64,000 nucleotides of DNA from Mobula hypostoma (taxonomy: Eukaryota): NCBI RefSeq assembly GCF_963921235.1, contig NC_086108.1, positions 54,190,001 to 54,254,000 of the forward strand, read 5' to 3'. The position numbers and the translations under genes are program-made. The notes under the pieces are model-generated. The model had not been told where the DNA came from. It was given only the letters and a program-made list of their open reading frames with translations, and did no database searches. Shown piece by piece: positions 27,035 through 39,579 of the stretch; within the stretch, counting starts at the first letter, position 1; each line of letters starts with the position of its first letter.

Positions 27035-27231
27035 AAAGTTGCTGGTGAACGCAGCAGGCCAAGCAGCATCAATAGGAAGAGGCGCAGTCGACGTTTCAGG
27101 CCGAGACCCTTCGTCAGGTCTCAGCCTGAAACGTCGACTGCGCCTCTTCCTAGAGATGCTGCCTGGCCTGCTGCGTTCACCAGCAACTTTGATGTGTGTT
27201 GCTTGAATTTCCAGCATCTGCAGAATTCCTG
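27035..27231. mobile_element. Short palindromic Penelope-derived insertion with hammerhead core, 16-bp TSD
   Basis: ~75-bp inverted arms (27034-27108 and 27117-27191) plus a ~40-nt tail. TSD TTGTAGGAGTATCTTC at 27019-27034 and 27232-27247. Confidence 0.9.
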
Positions 27232-27254
27232 TTGTAGGAGTATCTTCGCCTGAC

Positions 27255-27900
27255 TGATCACCGCGGATCTTAAGCGGCAGCTCATCCTCATCTTTATCAT
27301 TGGTAAGTGCGTTAGCGGGTTCGGTCGGCGGGTGGCGCTGCCTGCGCCCTGCGGTACCGGGCTCGGGCGGCGGTCGGCGGGCAGCGCTACCTGCGCCGCC
27401 GGGTTCGGTCGGCGGGCGGCACTGCCGGCGCCCTGCGGTACCGGGCTCGGGCGGCGGGCGGCGCTACCTGCGCCCTTGTTTTAAGCAGCCTCGGGCTCGC
27501 GGCCGTTCCAATTTGCAACGGTTGCCTCTCGAAAATGGCGGCGGCACCGTCGGACCATCGGTCCGCACTGCTGCAGCGGGATCTGGCGGCGGTGACAGGA
27601 GAGCTGCCGGTACTTTCGCCTCAGGAAATTAAGCGGCGGCTGCAGAGGACCCGCAGAGCACTAAGCAACAGGAGAAAGATCCTGCTGAAGCACCTGCCCC
27701 CGGACAGCGGCAGCCAGGTACCGGGGCAGGTGGGCGAGACGGGTGGGGCAGGTGGGTGCCGGGGTGGTGGGGGGGTGGTCCATATCCAGGTACAGGTGCA
27801 GCCTCACCCACCTGCAGCCGGTCTCGGATCCTGACCACTTGCCGCTGACGGGGGAGGGAACGGGTCCTCCTGCTGCCAGTTGATGTGTCCGGAGCCAAGT
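27255..27900 (+). promoter_or_regulatory. RAVER2: CpG island / RAVER2 promoter
   Basis: Sharp GC and CpG enrichment around the ATG, with several GGGCGG boxes and an 84-bp tandem duplication at 27317-27474. Confidence 0.85.
27535..27717 (+). CDS. RAVER2: RAVER2 (ribonucleoprotein PTB-binding 2) exon 1, start of RRM1
   Basis: aaaATGG Kozak context. MAAAPSD...LSPQEIKRRLQRTRRALSNRRKILLKHLPPDSGSQ matches the RAVER2 motif LSNRRKILVKNLPQDS. CAG|GTA donor; position downstream of CACHD1 is syntenic. Confidence 0.92.
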
Positions 27901-30213
27901 GGTGGTCAACATGGCGATGAGGAGTCCACCTGAAACATTAACCTTTTCTCTCCCCGTTTGCTGTGCATTTCCAGCGTTTATTCTTCTTAGTATGGATGTC
28001 TGCTATCTGCACACTTTAATTTACGCACGCAGCAGCTTGGCTGTCGTGAGTGAGAGAGCAATGCGACTAGTGTTTAGACTACTTAATGACTGGTGGATTC
28101 TAGTCATTGATTTTTTTTGAAGGTGTAGGATGGGGATGATAGTGGCTATTGAGCTGATCCACGTTGACACAACTGCCCAACCCCGATTTTGTTTTTGACA
28201 AATAATTTATGCAATATTTCTTAACGTGATATTCTGCTTGAGTTATGTTTTTCTTAAACAATATATTGTATTATTTTGAATGTACTTTGTAGAACGAAGT
28301 TTGCCCAGTTGTTTCTCCTTAAAGTTATCGATTATTTAGTAAATAAATTTATTTTTCATCCTTTGGCACTAATTTCGAAACCGTGCATTTTCGAAGCATC
28401 ACCATTTCAACATATTGCAGCGATATATTTACTCCTAAAGTGAAATTAGTATTCAATATTTTTGGTTTCACCACCTGCACCAACAAATAAGTTCCACAAA
28501 TGAGCCGCCCCTTGTGGTCGCTTTTTTTTGCACCAGGTGTTAGTACAATGGCCGTTTCATATCAATGTATTTGTTTTGTCCCTTGGAAAACAAATAATTA
28601 ACATTTAATCATGGAAAGTCATACAAATAGTTTCTGCAGCTGCTTTATCTCTATATTCATAATGTGCTATGAAACGAAACCAGAGTTATTAATAGTTCCT
28701 GTATGTTTTGAGTAAAACTTTAGTTAATGGCTGGTTTACTTCATAGTGTTGCTACATCATAATTGAACTTGTAGCAACTGGGCAATTTAAAAATACATCC
28801 GGCACATTTGGGTACTTTTTCCCTCCTTCTATGCAGAGTTGCTCTTATACTCCTCACTCAATGAACTGAAATGTGACCTCATGTACAAGAATAGCATGTT
28901 TTGGAGAGAACCATGAGATTTGTACCCTGAATGTTACTGAATGCTGTGAGCTTTGCAATCAGATGGGCTGGAAGCTAAGAATCAATCTAAACAAAATAAG
29001 TAAAGTGACACTGTAATTTTGTGTGTTGGAGCTTGCGCCCTTTGCTGGTTGTTTGTATGAACTAGTTGCAGAGGTAGTAACTCATGAGATGTTAACTGAT
29101 GTCTCCAGGATTCCCAATATCTAATTACCCAGAATGAAGGACTAAGAAGAAAGAAGTAATCTGAACTAGACAAATTCCTGAACCTTGCATCAGTTGGACT
29201 TGAGAGATGTTCTGAGATGTGACCAGATGTCAATTCATGACCTGTCATTGTGCAGAATGTGTTTAAATACAGTTAAATCAAGTCACTTTAATTAGTGTGT
29301 TTACTAAACCTCTTCTGGCAAGAGTTTTCTTCAAATCTTGCATGCTATATTTAAAAGTAGTCAAGATCGTCATCCAGCTGAATGGGGATGGCCAGAGTTT
29401 TTGTTTTATTGTGTAATATCTTGATCTTCTCCCCAAAATATCTTTGGCAGAGGCAGATTTGGTTCTTCTGTTAAAGCCGACAAGTGTGTTTAATAAAATA
29501 AAAAAATATTTCCTGCTTCTGAAATTCTGAAACAAAATACAGAAAGTACTAGGCACACGCATGATATATCTGAGGGAAGAAATGTTACAGGTGTTTCATA
29601 TTAATTTTTTTAAAAAAAACATTCCCAGACCTGGTAAAGGGGAAAAAAACAAGGTACAGATGAACCCCACCCCCACTACTGCTGTTTGAGTTATGGAAAT
29701 TCCCCTTTATGGAATTCACATCACTGCACAAAAATACAAGATCAAATACAGAATCAAATTGACTCTTGTGAAATTTATGTGAGTGAGGAATAAGATAAAC
29801 AAATGTAAAAAAAACGAATTTTGTGTACTTCTGTGTACTTCTATTTTTCCAATTTTTATTTCATGGTGCATGTACAAACTAGTGCAGGTTGATCGTATTA
29901 CTGTCTAGCATTTTTAATATTATTTATCCTTAATGTCTGAAACAGCGCCAGTAAGTTAAAGAGCAACTTGTAAGTCTAAGCTGAAAATGAAGACAAAAAA
30001 GGCTGCAGTTGCTAGAATCTGATCAAGGAAGGTGATTGATTTATTGATTCCATACCTACCTATACCAGTTGCCATTACCTTCCAGCCTCCAGTTTGTTTT
30101 ATACTCTAAATTACTTGGCTCCAAACTCAGCTGTTTTGGAAACTGACAAATAAATCTTTAATGGTTCCTGCCCTGAACCAGCAGCTATGGTGCTTTCATT
30201 ACCATTAAGAGAG

Positions 30214-30450
30214 TTTTTTTTAATATTTCAAAATATACTTTATTAAAAAATAAAATTATATACAATAAACCATTCAATGGCTCTCAATCCTTTACATACG
30301 TTTCCCTTATGGTCTCTAGATATCCGTACTTTGGCCACCCATGTGGTAATCTGTTGGTTTGCCTTCCCACACCATTGTTGAGGGGTATACTCCCCGCCAC
30401 CCGACCCCTCCCACTCCTGCAGGAGAAGAACCCTAAATTGTGGTCCTTCC
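30214..30450 (-). mobile_element. 5'-truncated L1/Tx1-type 3' end with poly(A), 12-bp TSD
   Basis: Minus strand: ORF end GRTTI*, AATAAA and an A tail. TSD CCATTAAGAGAG at 30202-30213 and 30451-30462. Confidence 0.75.
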
Positions 30451-30874
30451 CCATTAAGAGAGATGTCCTGTAGTAATGCATCTCCAGATACAACATAGAA
30501 ACCATTTTCCTAGGAACATAAACTCTACATTATGTTGGAGTCACCTGTAGTTTTTAAGTTGCAGGGAGTGATGGATAAGACGAAGGACATAGGGTGAGGT
30601 CAGGGATTGGAATGATATTAAACTTTTGATAAGGTTGTTAGTTTGATGGGTTAATAAGGGAGGTTGATGAGGACCCAGAAAGGAATGTAAATGTTGTGAA
30701 ATGTGGACCTGTAGGAATTAGCCTATCAGAACATGTTCGTGGAATGGGCTGCAGGCGAAGGTGGTGGAGGCGGATATGATAGGGTCTTTTAAGAGACTCC
30801 TGTATCGGTACATGAAGCTTTGAAAAATAGAAGGCAATGGGTAACGCTAGGTAATTTCTAAAGCTAATACATGT

Positions 30875-33025
30875 TCAGCATGCTGCTTCATTTGGCAGAT
30901 AATTCCACAAATTCACCACTCTTTGGGAAAAGCAGTTTCTTCTCATTTCCATCCTAAATTTACTCCCCCGAATCTTGAGGTTATGTCCCTTAGTTCTCAT
31001 CTCACCTACCAGTGGAAACAATTTTCCTTTCGTAATTTTATATGTTTCTATAAGATCTCCTCTCATTCTTCTGAATTCCAGTGAGTACAGTCCCAGGTGA
31101 CTCAATCTCTACTCATAGTCTTACCCCCTCATCTCTGGAATCAACCTGATAAACCTCCTCTGTACTTCCTCCAAAGCCAGTATATTCTTCCTCAAGGAAA
31201 CCAGAACTGCGTGTAGTACTCCAGATGTCGCCTCACCAGTACCCTGTACAGTTACAGCATAATCTCCCTGCTCTTAAGTTCAATCCCTCTAACAATGAAG
31301 GCCAACATTCTATTTGCCTTCTTGATAGCCTGCTGCACCCACCTGCAAACCAACCTTTTGTGATTTATGTACAAACATTCCCAAGTCCCTCTGCACAGCA
31401 TCATGCTGCAATCTTTTACCATTAAATAATAATCTGCACTTCAATTTTTCCTTCCAAAGTGGATGACCTTACATTTACCAACATATTCCATCTGCCAGAC
31501 CCTATCCCGCCCACTTAACCTATCTATATCTCTCTGCAGACTGTCCGTATCCTCTGCACAAATTGCTTTTCCACTCAATTTAGTGTCATCAGCAAACTTA
31601 GATACACTATGCTGGATCCCCTCTTCGAGATCGTTAATGTATATTGCCAACACCGACACCTGTGGAACACTGCTCACCACTGATCGCCACCCAGAGAAAG
31701 ACCCATGCGTCCCAACTCTCTGCTTTCCTTTGGTTATAAACCTCTACCCATGCTAATACATCACCTCCAACTCTATGCATCCTTATCTAATGGATAAGTC
31801 TTTTATGTGGCACCTTATGGAACGCCTTCTGGAAATCCAAGTAAATAATGTCCATCTGTTCCCCTCTATCCACTTCGCTCATTATATCCTCAAAGAACTC
31901 CAGTAAGTTTGTCAAACAGGACCTGTCTTTGCTGAATCCATGCTGCATCTGTCTAATGGATCCATTTCTTTCCAGATGCCTCACTATTTCTTCTTTAATG
32001 ATAGCTTCAAGCATTTTCCTAACTACAGATGTTAAACTAACTGACCTATAGTTATCTGACGTTTGCCTACATCCGTTATTTTGAACAGTGGTGTGACATT
32101 TGCCAGGACCTGCCCAGAGAATTTAGGTAAATTATAACCAAAGCCTCTACTATAACCTCTGCCATATCTTTCAGTACCCTGGGATAAGTTCTCATCAGGA
32201 CCGGGGGACTTGTCTTTGTATAAGCGCACAAGTTTGCTCAGCACTACCTCTTTAGTGATAGCTATTGTATTGAGGTCCTCACCTCCCATTGCATCCATAT
32301 CATCTCTCTTTGGCATGTTAGATGTGTCCTCCACCGTGAAGATCGACACAAAGTAGTCATTCAAAACCTTGGCCATTTCCTCATTACCCAATATCAATTC
32401 CTGCCACTCATCCTCCAAGGGACCAATGTTCACTTTAGCCACACTTTTCCGCTTTATATAATAATTTAAACTTTTACCATCTGTTTTTATATTTTGTGCT
32501 AGTTTATTTTCATAGTTTATATTCCCTTTCTTTATTGCTCACTTAGTGGTTCTTTGTTGCTTTTTAAAGTTTTCCCAGTCTTCCAGTTTTCCGCTACTCT
32601 TGCCAACTTTATATGCATGAGATGTTAGATTGATGCCTTCCTTTATTTCTTTAGCTATCCATAGCTGGCTCCCTCCACCCTTGCTGTCCTACTTTTAACT
32701 GGAATGTACTTTTGTTGAGCTCTGTGAAAAATCTCTTTGAAAGTCTTTCACTGTTCCTCAACAGTCCCACCGTATAGCCTGTGTTCCCAGTTTACCCCAT
32801 ACAACTTCTCCCTCATCCTGTTGTAGTTCTCCCTGTACAGTGGATTTAGATCGAACTATTGCACTCTCCATTGCCTGAAAAAGTCAGTCAGACTCTGATC
32901 ACTCTTTCCAAGAGCAACCTGACTTACAAGATTGCTAATTTTACCTGTCTCATTGCACAGGACCAGATCCATGCTCCCTTGTAGGTTCAGTAGCATGCTG
33001 TTCAAGAAAGCTATCATGTAAAGAG
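30875..33025 (-). mobile_element. Degraded CR1 LINE ORF2
   Basis: Fragments [58 protein letters not shown]. Confidence 0.92.
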
Positions 33026-34050
33026 GTTGGTAAAATTAATGTAATGGTTGACAATAAAAAAATCTTTGCTGTTAGACTGTTATCTGGTGTTGCAACTTTG
33101 CTGGTCAATCTCCCAATGAAAGATTGGGGAAGCATACATAATTCAAATGGACTTGTCATCATTTGTTACTCAAGCTATGGAATGGATGCCAGGAAAGGGA
33201 GAAAATTCCATTTTTTTGTAGAAGAAAGCTGAAAATAACTTTGGGTACCAGTGAAGCTAAATCTGAGATGTCTTGTACAAAGCAAAATTTATGATCTGGT
33301 TTCTAACCTCTGGCTATTTTTAACACTAAAACTAATGTCAAATAATCTGTAATGGATGATGTAATATTTTTTCTGAACATGCTAGAGAAAATGCAAGATA
33401 CTCCCTTGCGTTAGATAAATTGGAATAAATCCATAAAAGTGTATTACAGAATTTATTAGAAAGAATGAGTTTGTTCGATCAAAAGGAGTATTTTCATCCC
33501 ATCTTTCAGGCTTGCATTATTTTGTTTTGGTTTTGTTATTTGTGCATTCGTCCTTGCACATTAACCTATAGAAGAGCGAGGAAGTTTCAGATGCCATGAG
33601 TGAAAACACTGAAGGAACTTTCAACATTTTTGTTCTGTTTTTAACTTTATGATGCTAGCCATGATGAAACCTGCATGGTGGTGCATTGCAGGATAAAAAA
33701 GAATAAGGTTTATAATTACTACCATAATAGACAAGTCCTCTTATAGAAAGTAGTGTTCTAGACTTCGGTTGTTGTCACAGAGAGAGAGTCACAGAAAGCT
33801 ACAGCACAGAAACAGGCCCTTCAGCCCATCCAGTCCATGCTGAACCATTTAAGCTGCCTTGTCCCATCAACCTGCACCCAGACCATAGCTGTCCATCTCT
33901 CCCATCGATGTACCAACCAAACTTCTCTTACACGTTGAAATTGAAATGGCATCCACCACTTGCTCAGGCAGCTCGTTCCACACTGTAGTTTCCAGGATAA
34001 CTCCTAATTCTTGACATTTTCTCCACATTTGAACTGAAAGTTAAATCTGT

Positions 34051-34365
34051 TTTAGTTATTTATTTATTTGTCTATTTGGCAATAAAACATGGAGTAGGGC
34101 TTCTGGCCCTTTAGCCACACCACCTCAGCAACCATGAACAACCACGATTAATCCTAACCTAACCATGGGACAATTTACAATGACCAATGAACCCACCCAC
34201 AGTCTTTGGACTGTGCGAGGAAACCGGAGAACCCGGGGAAAACCCATGCATTCCATGGGGAGGACGGACAGAGACTTCTTACAGGTGACGCTGGAACTGA
34301 ACTCTGAACTCCGACACCCCGAGCTGTAATAGCGATGCACTAACCACTACGTTACCATGGCGACC
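34051..34365 (-). mobile_element. tRNA-derived V-SINE-like element
   Basis: Minus-strand head ggtcgccatggtaacgtagtggttag...ggagttcagagttcagtt, V-domain-like TGGGTTTTCCCCGGGTTCTCCGGTTTCCTC, and an (AATA)n tail. Confidence 0.75.
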
Positions 34366-34794
34366 ATTAATTTATCCCACTAATTGGTGAACGATGATGT
34401 CTGCAGTCTCCTCCCAACTCCTTGGAGATTGCCCCACCACTGAAATGAGTCTGGGGTCATTGAAACCCCTCCGGGTCGTATCCAGAATGGGGTCAGTGGG
34501 CAGATCAGCTCTGTAACCCAACTCCAGGAAGCTGGCACTCCTCCACCGGACTCCATGACGATACAGGACCATAGAGCGGTCTGAGTGACTATGGGGAGAC
34601 CTCTCAGGGAGATGGGGTTCTGTGTCCATGCTGGAACCCTCTGAAGAGATCCGAGTCATCAGTTTGACCCTCCCCAAAAATAACCGAGCCCCACTGATGT
34701 AAACTCTGACCCTACCACGTAACCAGCCTAGGGTCTCCCCGGAGTAGCGACACTGTGGAATGACCATCTCGGGAATCTTCCATTCTCCGGAACT
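34366..34794 (-). other. Unidentified 429-bp GC-richer segment with an open frame, co-inserted with the SINE
   Basis: Minus-strand frame is open across the segment to TAA at 34372. SINE plus segment are flanked by GTTAAATCTGT at 34040-34050 and 34795-34805. Confidence 0.55.
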
Positions 34795-36041
34795 GTTAAA
34801 TCTGTCTGATTGATTTTTATCATAGACTCTGCTCCATTGCTGAAACAATGTTGTGGAAAAACATGCAAGTATTTCCGTCTTCTCTTTTTTATTTTCCGCC
34901 ATTTTCTAAGTCTTTGATCTCCCACTCCCTCAATCAAAATCAAAGTATGTTATTTTTCCCTATAATAAATGTTCAAGATGGTTATACAGGTTAAATTTTT
35001 TAGCAATCCTGACAATGGAGTGAAGTTTACAAATGAAGTGCAAATGGATGTTGAGTGTGGAAGCTTGGGATCTCTCTAAATTTTGGCACAATGAAGAAAT
35101 CAAATCAAATTCAAATGTAATTATCATTCAATCATACATCAATACCACCGAATCTAAGTGCAAAACATAACAAAGCACATTCAAAGTAGTGAGCAGAAAT
35201 AAACATAGTAATGGGAAAAAACCAGAGATGTACAGAACCCAAATCCCTGAACGACATGTCTCGCAAATTGATGGTACAGTGCAGACACACACAATCCAGT
35301 CTGTCATTCCACCAGTCGAACACTGGAGGGGTGCACTGATGGGAGAGGCCAACTCCCAAGCAAGCACAGACACTACAGTGTCTCCTTGCCTGCACTGCAG
35401 CAGCTGTCAAACCAGTGGCTACAACTGAGGCCACGTAGGTGCCTTGCCACCTTGCTGCCTGTCAGTCCATCCACCAAACAAGGAAAGCAGGCCTGTGGCA
35501 TCTTACGTTATCAGTGTCCAGCAGGGTCTTGCGATTACAAGAGGAATATCTGAGACAACTGACAACTACACATGGCCACATTGTACATCGGTCTCGCACC
35601 CTGACCCTGACGCCCCCCCCCGATGCCCCCTGCAGCAGGCAGCCACATGGTCTGTACCCAGGCCAGTTCCTCCAACACCTAGATCAGCTACTTTGATCGA
35701 TGAGCAGGTGGGACAGACACCGCACCTGACGCTCTTGGCCCAGCACTGCTTTGTGACAGTAAAAAAGGCATTTAACAAAGGAAAAAAAACGCCTTTGGTT
35801 AGTCTTCGAGAGGCCACTGTGTCTGAATGTGCCACCATCTTACCAGCAGTGGCACCACTGTATTCAGTTCTGAGTAAATACCTAGGAAATGGAATCATAA
35901 GAGAATGTCTGTGGAAAAGGATATCAGTCTCTATTTATCATTATTAACTTGGAGAAAGGACATTTTTAATCAGAACAAATCTGGTTGGGGTAAAATGGCA
36001 GCTTGCAGCTTGAAGCTTGTTAGTCAAAACTGAACAAAAAT

Positions 36042-36330
36042 GGTGCCACAGTAGTAGAGTGATTAGGGAGACGCTGTTACAGCTTGATGTGTCGGAGATC
36101 AGAGTTCAATTCTGCCGTCACCTGTGAGGAGTGTCTGCATCCTCCCTGATGAATGCACGGGATTTCCCTTGGCAACTCAGGTTTCCTCCCACAATCCAAC
36201 GACACACTGGGTTGGTTAATTGGTCCTTGTTATTAGGTTAAGGTTAAACCGGAGTTGCTGGGGGTTGTTGAGTTGGCGTGACTTGAAGGGTTGGAAGGGC
36301 TTACTCTGTGCTGTATTGCTAAATAAATAA
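36042..36330 (+). mobile_element. Degraded V-SINE-like element
   Basis: tRNA-like head with gagttcaatt B box, ggtttcctcccaca domain and (AATA) tail; related to the 34051 SINE. Confidence 0.65.
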
Positions 36331-36669
36331 TGGAGTTGAATCAGCAGCAAGATAGACTCATTTCTACAAGGAAGGAGGATAAGGAAATAGAAACCCACCA
36401 AGAATGTCTTGATGATTAGGAGACAAACTAAAAGAGTGCACAGGCCATCCCCATTGTCCTATACATTTGATTGAATTTCCATAAACAAAAGTTCAATGTG
36501 TGTAATTTCTTGTTATGAATGACAGAACTAGTTCCCTTTGTGCTCTAGGCATTTGAAAATGTGTGATGCCAAAGCAGCTGGAGCCTACCACACGAAGAAA
36601 GTCATCTTTAGAGCACTAAATTGGTTAGCAGCATTTGTGATTCTTCGGATACAATATTTTGTCATTGCT

Positions 36670-39370
36670 ATGCCTCCCAAAAGCAAACAAAAGTGTGTGG
36701 TGCTAGTGAATCTATAAAAATGAAAACTATTACAATGGAGGTTAAAATTGATATAAAAGAGAGGGGTGCCACTGAAAATTGCCAAAGTGTTGGTTTTCAA
36801 TCATTCCAGATGTTTCCTGGATCAGAGGGCCTGAGTTGTAATAAGAAGTTGGATAGACTTGGGTTGTTTTCTCTGGAGCAGCGAAGGTTGAGGGGAAACA
36901 TGATAAGAGGTTTATAAGATTATGGGATAAAATGGAGTAGACAAACAGCATCTTCTTTTCCCAGGGTTGAAATGTCTGATATCAGAGGCCACACATTTAA
37001 GGTGAGAGTGTAATTTCAAAGGAGATGTGAGGGGCAAGTTTTTTACACAGACTGGTACAGATTTTTAAGAGATGTTTAGATAAACTTATGAATGTGAGGA
37101 AAATGGAAGGGTATGGGCATTGCGCAGGCAGAAGAGATTAATTTAATTGGCCACTTAATCACCAATTTAATTGGTTTGGCACAGACTGAAAAGCCTGATC
37201 CTGTGCTGTACTACTGTATGTTCAACAGTTTTAATCATCCTAAAGGTTAAGATGATACTGGTGACTTCAGCAACTTCTGCCCGGTGGCTAACGAAACAAG
37301 GAAAACAACTAAATACTTTGTTTATCACACTTTTTCTGACAAATGATCATCACAAAACAAAAATGATCTGTAACTTCCCTTTGGACTTGAAGGCAATTGG
37401 ATGTGGCAGAACCAAGGCAAGGTGGCAGGCTCGGAGTCATCACCGAGAGCGAGGAGGACCTGAAGTTCGATTTAAGTGCTGGGCTGAAGGCTGAATTAAG
37501 GTGGCGAGGTTCGAGCACCAGAGTGGATTGAGACAACTGAACTCTATGATTGCACAGAGATTTGAGCGCTGTGCTGAATCAAGGCGGTAAGGTCCAGGCC
37601 CCAAAGCCTATCGAGGCAATTGAACCCGATGTTTGGGCGTTGATTTAGGTACTGGACCAGGTTAAAAATATCACTGAGTCGGGACCCTAGGCGAGGGGCA
37701 GACTGGTTCAGATCGTTGCTCCATGACAGTTACTGGTCTCTGCTCTGAACTATGGGACTCTCTCGCAGACTTCAGTTCAGAACACTATTTGCTTGTGAGT
37801 TTTTTTTCTCTCTTTGTACATTGGGTGTTCATTTTTTTAATATGGGTTCTTTTGGGTTTTTTTGTTTCATGGCTGCCTGTTAGACAAATCTCAAGTTGTA
37901 TAATGTAAATATACTTTGATAAATGTACTTTGAAATTTGAAAGGACAAAACATGCATCCTTGATCACATTAAAGGATCAGCTCCAATGCAAGCTACTATT
38001 ATAGGAAATTGTGAAATGGTTTGGTAATTGAGTTGAAAAACCTGTAGGTGATTTTCTTGAAGATAAAAATCAACACTGAATACCTATTAGCCTGATTATT
38101 CAGAGAAAATCAAGGAGCCTCTTCAAATATTTGAAGAAAAAGCATGCTGATGAAAGTGGAGACATTTGCAAGTAGAGGGTGATTTAATAGACTTAAAACA
38201 AGAGAAAAACTGCATAATATTAAAATAACAGGGAAGCACCAAGTATTCACCAAATTGCACTGATGCATTTCCTGATGTTTGGGGGCTGATGATTAGGGAA
38301 GGGAATTATTGTGTCTAATAAGTCTTCAATGTGGATGTGACAAGATGATATTGGAATGTACTTAGTACGAAGGAGGAAAAGAATGCTCCAGGACATAAAC
38401 AAGCAAAAGGACTGACCCTTTTGGTAAAAAAAATTACAGGATTACAAACTAAGCCTTTCCTGTTTTGGGCACTTGAAGGAATTTGCAAGGCATCTCTTCA
38501 GATCATTTAGAAGTCCAACAAAATGGCTTGGGTGCAGTTGTTCCTTTTCGATAACTGGTTTATGAACCATTTTGTTCATGAAATAGAGAGATGGTGTGCT
38601 TCTGAATCATGTCATTTAAGACTTAATTGATACTCAATGATGCCTCTGGGCTCTGGAATTTTTGGATGATTTTCTTGTTACTGAATTCACCAACCATTCT
38701 CCAGCCAGTAAACGATAATGTGATTACATCTCTTAAAGCATACTATGTCTGCAGATCATTTTTTTTCAAGCTTGTTAAAGTAACTAATGCAGCAGAAGGC
38801 AAGACTATAAGGCAGGGGTTCCCAACCTGGCGTCCTTGGACCTGTCGGCTAATGGTAGGAATCCATGGCAAAAAAAGTTGGGGATCCCTGCTTTAAGAGA
38901 ATTTTGGAAGTCATGATGCTGTGAAGACTATCGTAGATCCTTGGACTGAGGTAAAACAAAGAAATGTGGTGTATGGAAGAAGCTTTACCCTAATGTCCAT
39001 GATTTTTGAGATTATTTTTATCTCTGAGACAATAGAATATATGAAGGAATAAGTGGTAATCTTTGGTAACCAACTTCAATTTGAGATTAGTGAGGATATC
39101 ACCAACTTGCTTGAATGTCGTGCTGAAGAACTAAACAAGGAAGGCAGTATGGAACTGGACACAGCTGTTAGATAGGGAGAGGAAAGAACAAGAAGTTGAA
39201 ACCCAGAACCTGGAGAAATTCACTGCAAAAGTATTGTTAACAGCTTTGAAGAAATTTAAAGAAGGCTTGGCAATGCTGTAAGAGCAAGACTGTAACTTTC
39301 GAAGATACACTAAGGTTTGTAGGATGTCAACACGTGTACTTGATGCTACTAAGAAATTTTAAATGAAAAA
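36670..39370 (+). pseudogene. Decayed Tigger/pogo (CENP-B-like HTH + DDE) transposase, interrupted by younger insertions
   Basis: KTITMEVKIDI (HTH start), ASRG*FNRLK (~38168), VFNVDVT (~38322), ILQPVNDNVITSLKAYY (~38696). Interrupted by a CR1 3' piece (~36805-37230), a Rex1-tailed repeat (~37400-37940) and a MITE. Confidence 0.75.
38813..38890. mobile_element. hAT (Charlie-like) MITE, 78 bp
   Basis: TIRs CAGGGGTTCCCAAC / GTTGGGGATCCCTG; degenerate 8-bp TSD CTATAAGG / CTTTAAGA. Confidence 0.7.
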
Positions 39371-39579
39371 GGGGATAAATGAGGACTGCAGCATTCATGT
39401 GATCCTGACCTTTACAAAAAATTGAGCTATAACCTCAGTAAAACTACCAGGGATGCCAAGAACATTTTAACAGACCAAAATTGAGTCCCAGACCAGCTAT
39501 CAGTTGTGGTAGGGCTTACATGCCGTAATGGCTACAAAATGAAGTTGGGCAGCTTTACTTCTAGCAGCACATCCCTTTC

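Noticed and set aside
27301..27308. Perfect GTAAGT donor-like site upstream of RAVER2
   Set aside because: No supported upstream exon or matching acceptor can be shown from sequence alone.
27300..27912. Several overlapping ORFs across the CpG island
   Set aside because: These are a by-product of high GC content. Only 27535-27717 has homology and a splice donor.
34385..34450. LISVVGQSPRSWEETA resembles the N-terminus of prokaryotic dodecin
   Set aside because: The match is short and followed by a stop before the rest of the fold; likely coincidental.
34795..34902. N-terminal ~36 codons of the 176-aa ORF taken as part of a real gene
   Set aside because: They lie in or beyond the putative TSD, in AT-rich flank. 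The ATG is probably fortuitous, and there is no exon or promoter evidence.
35100..35950. Cluster of 80-167 aa ORFs
   Set aside because: No recognisable domains. The region begins with a LINE-type (TTTGA)n tail on the minus strand and looks like an unclassified repeat.
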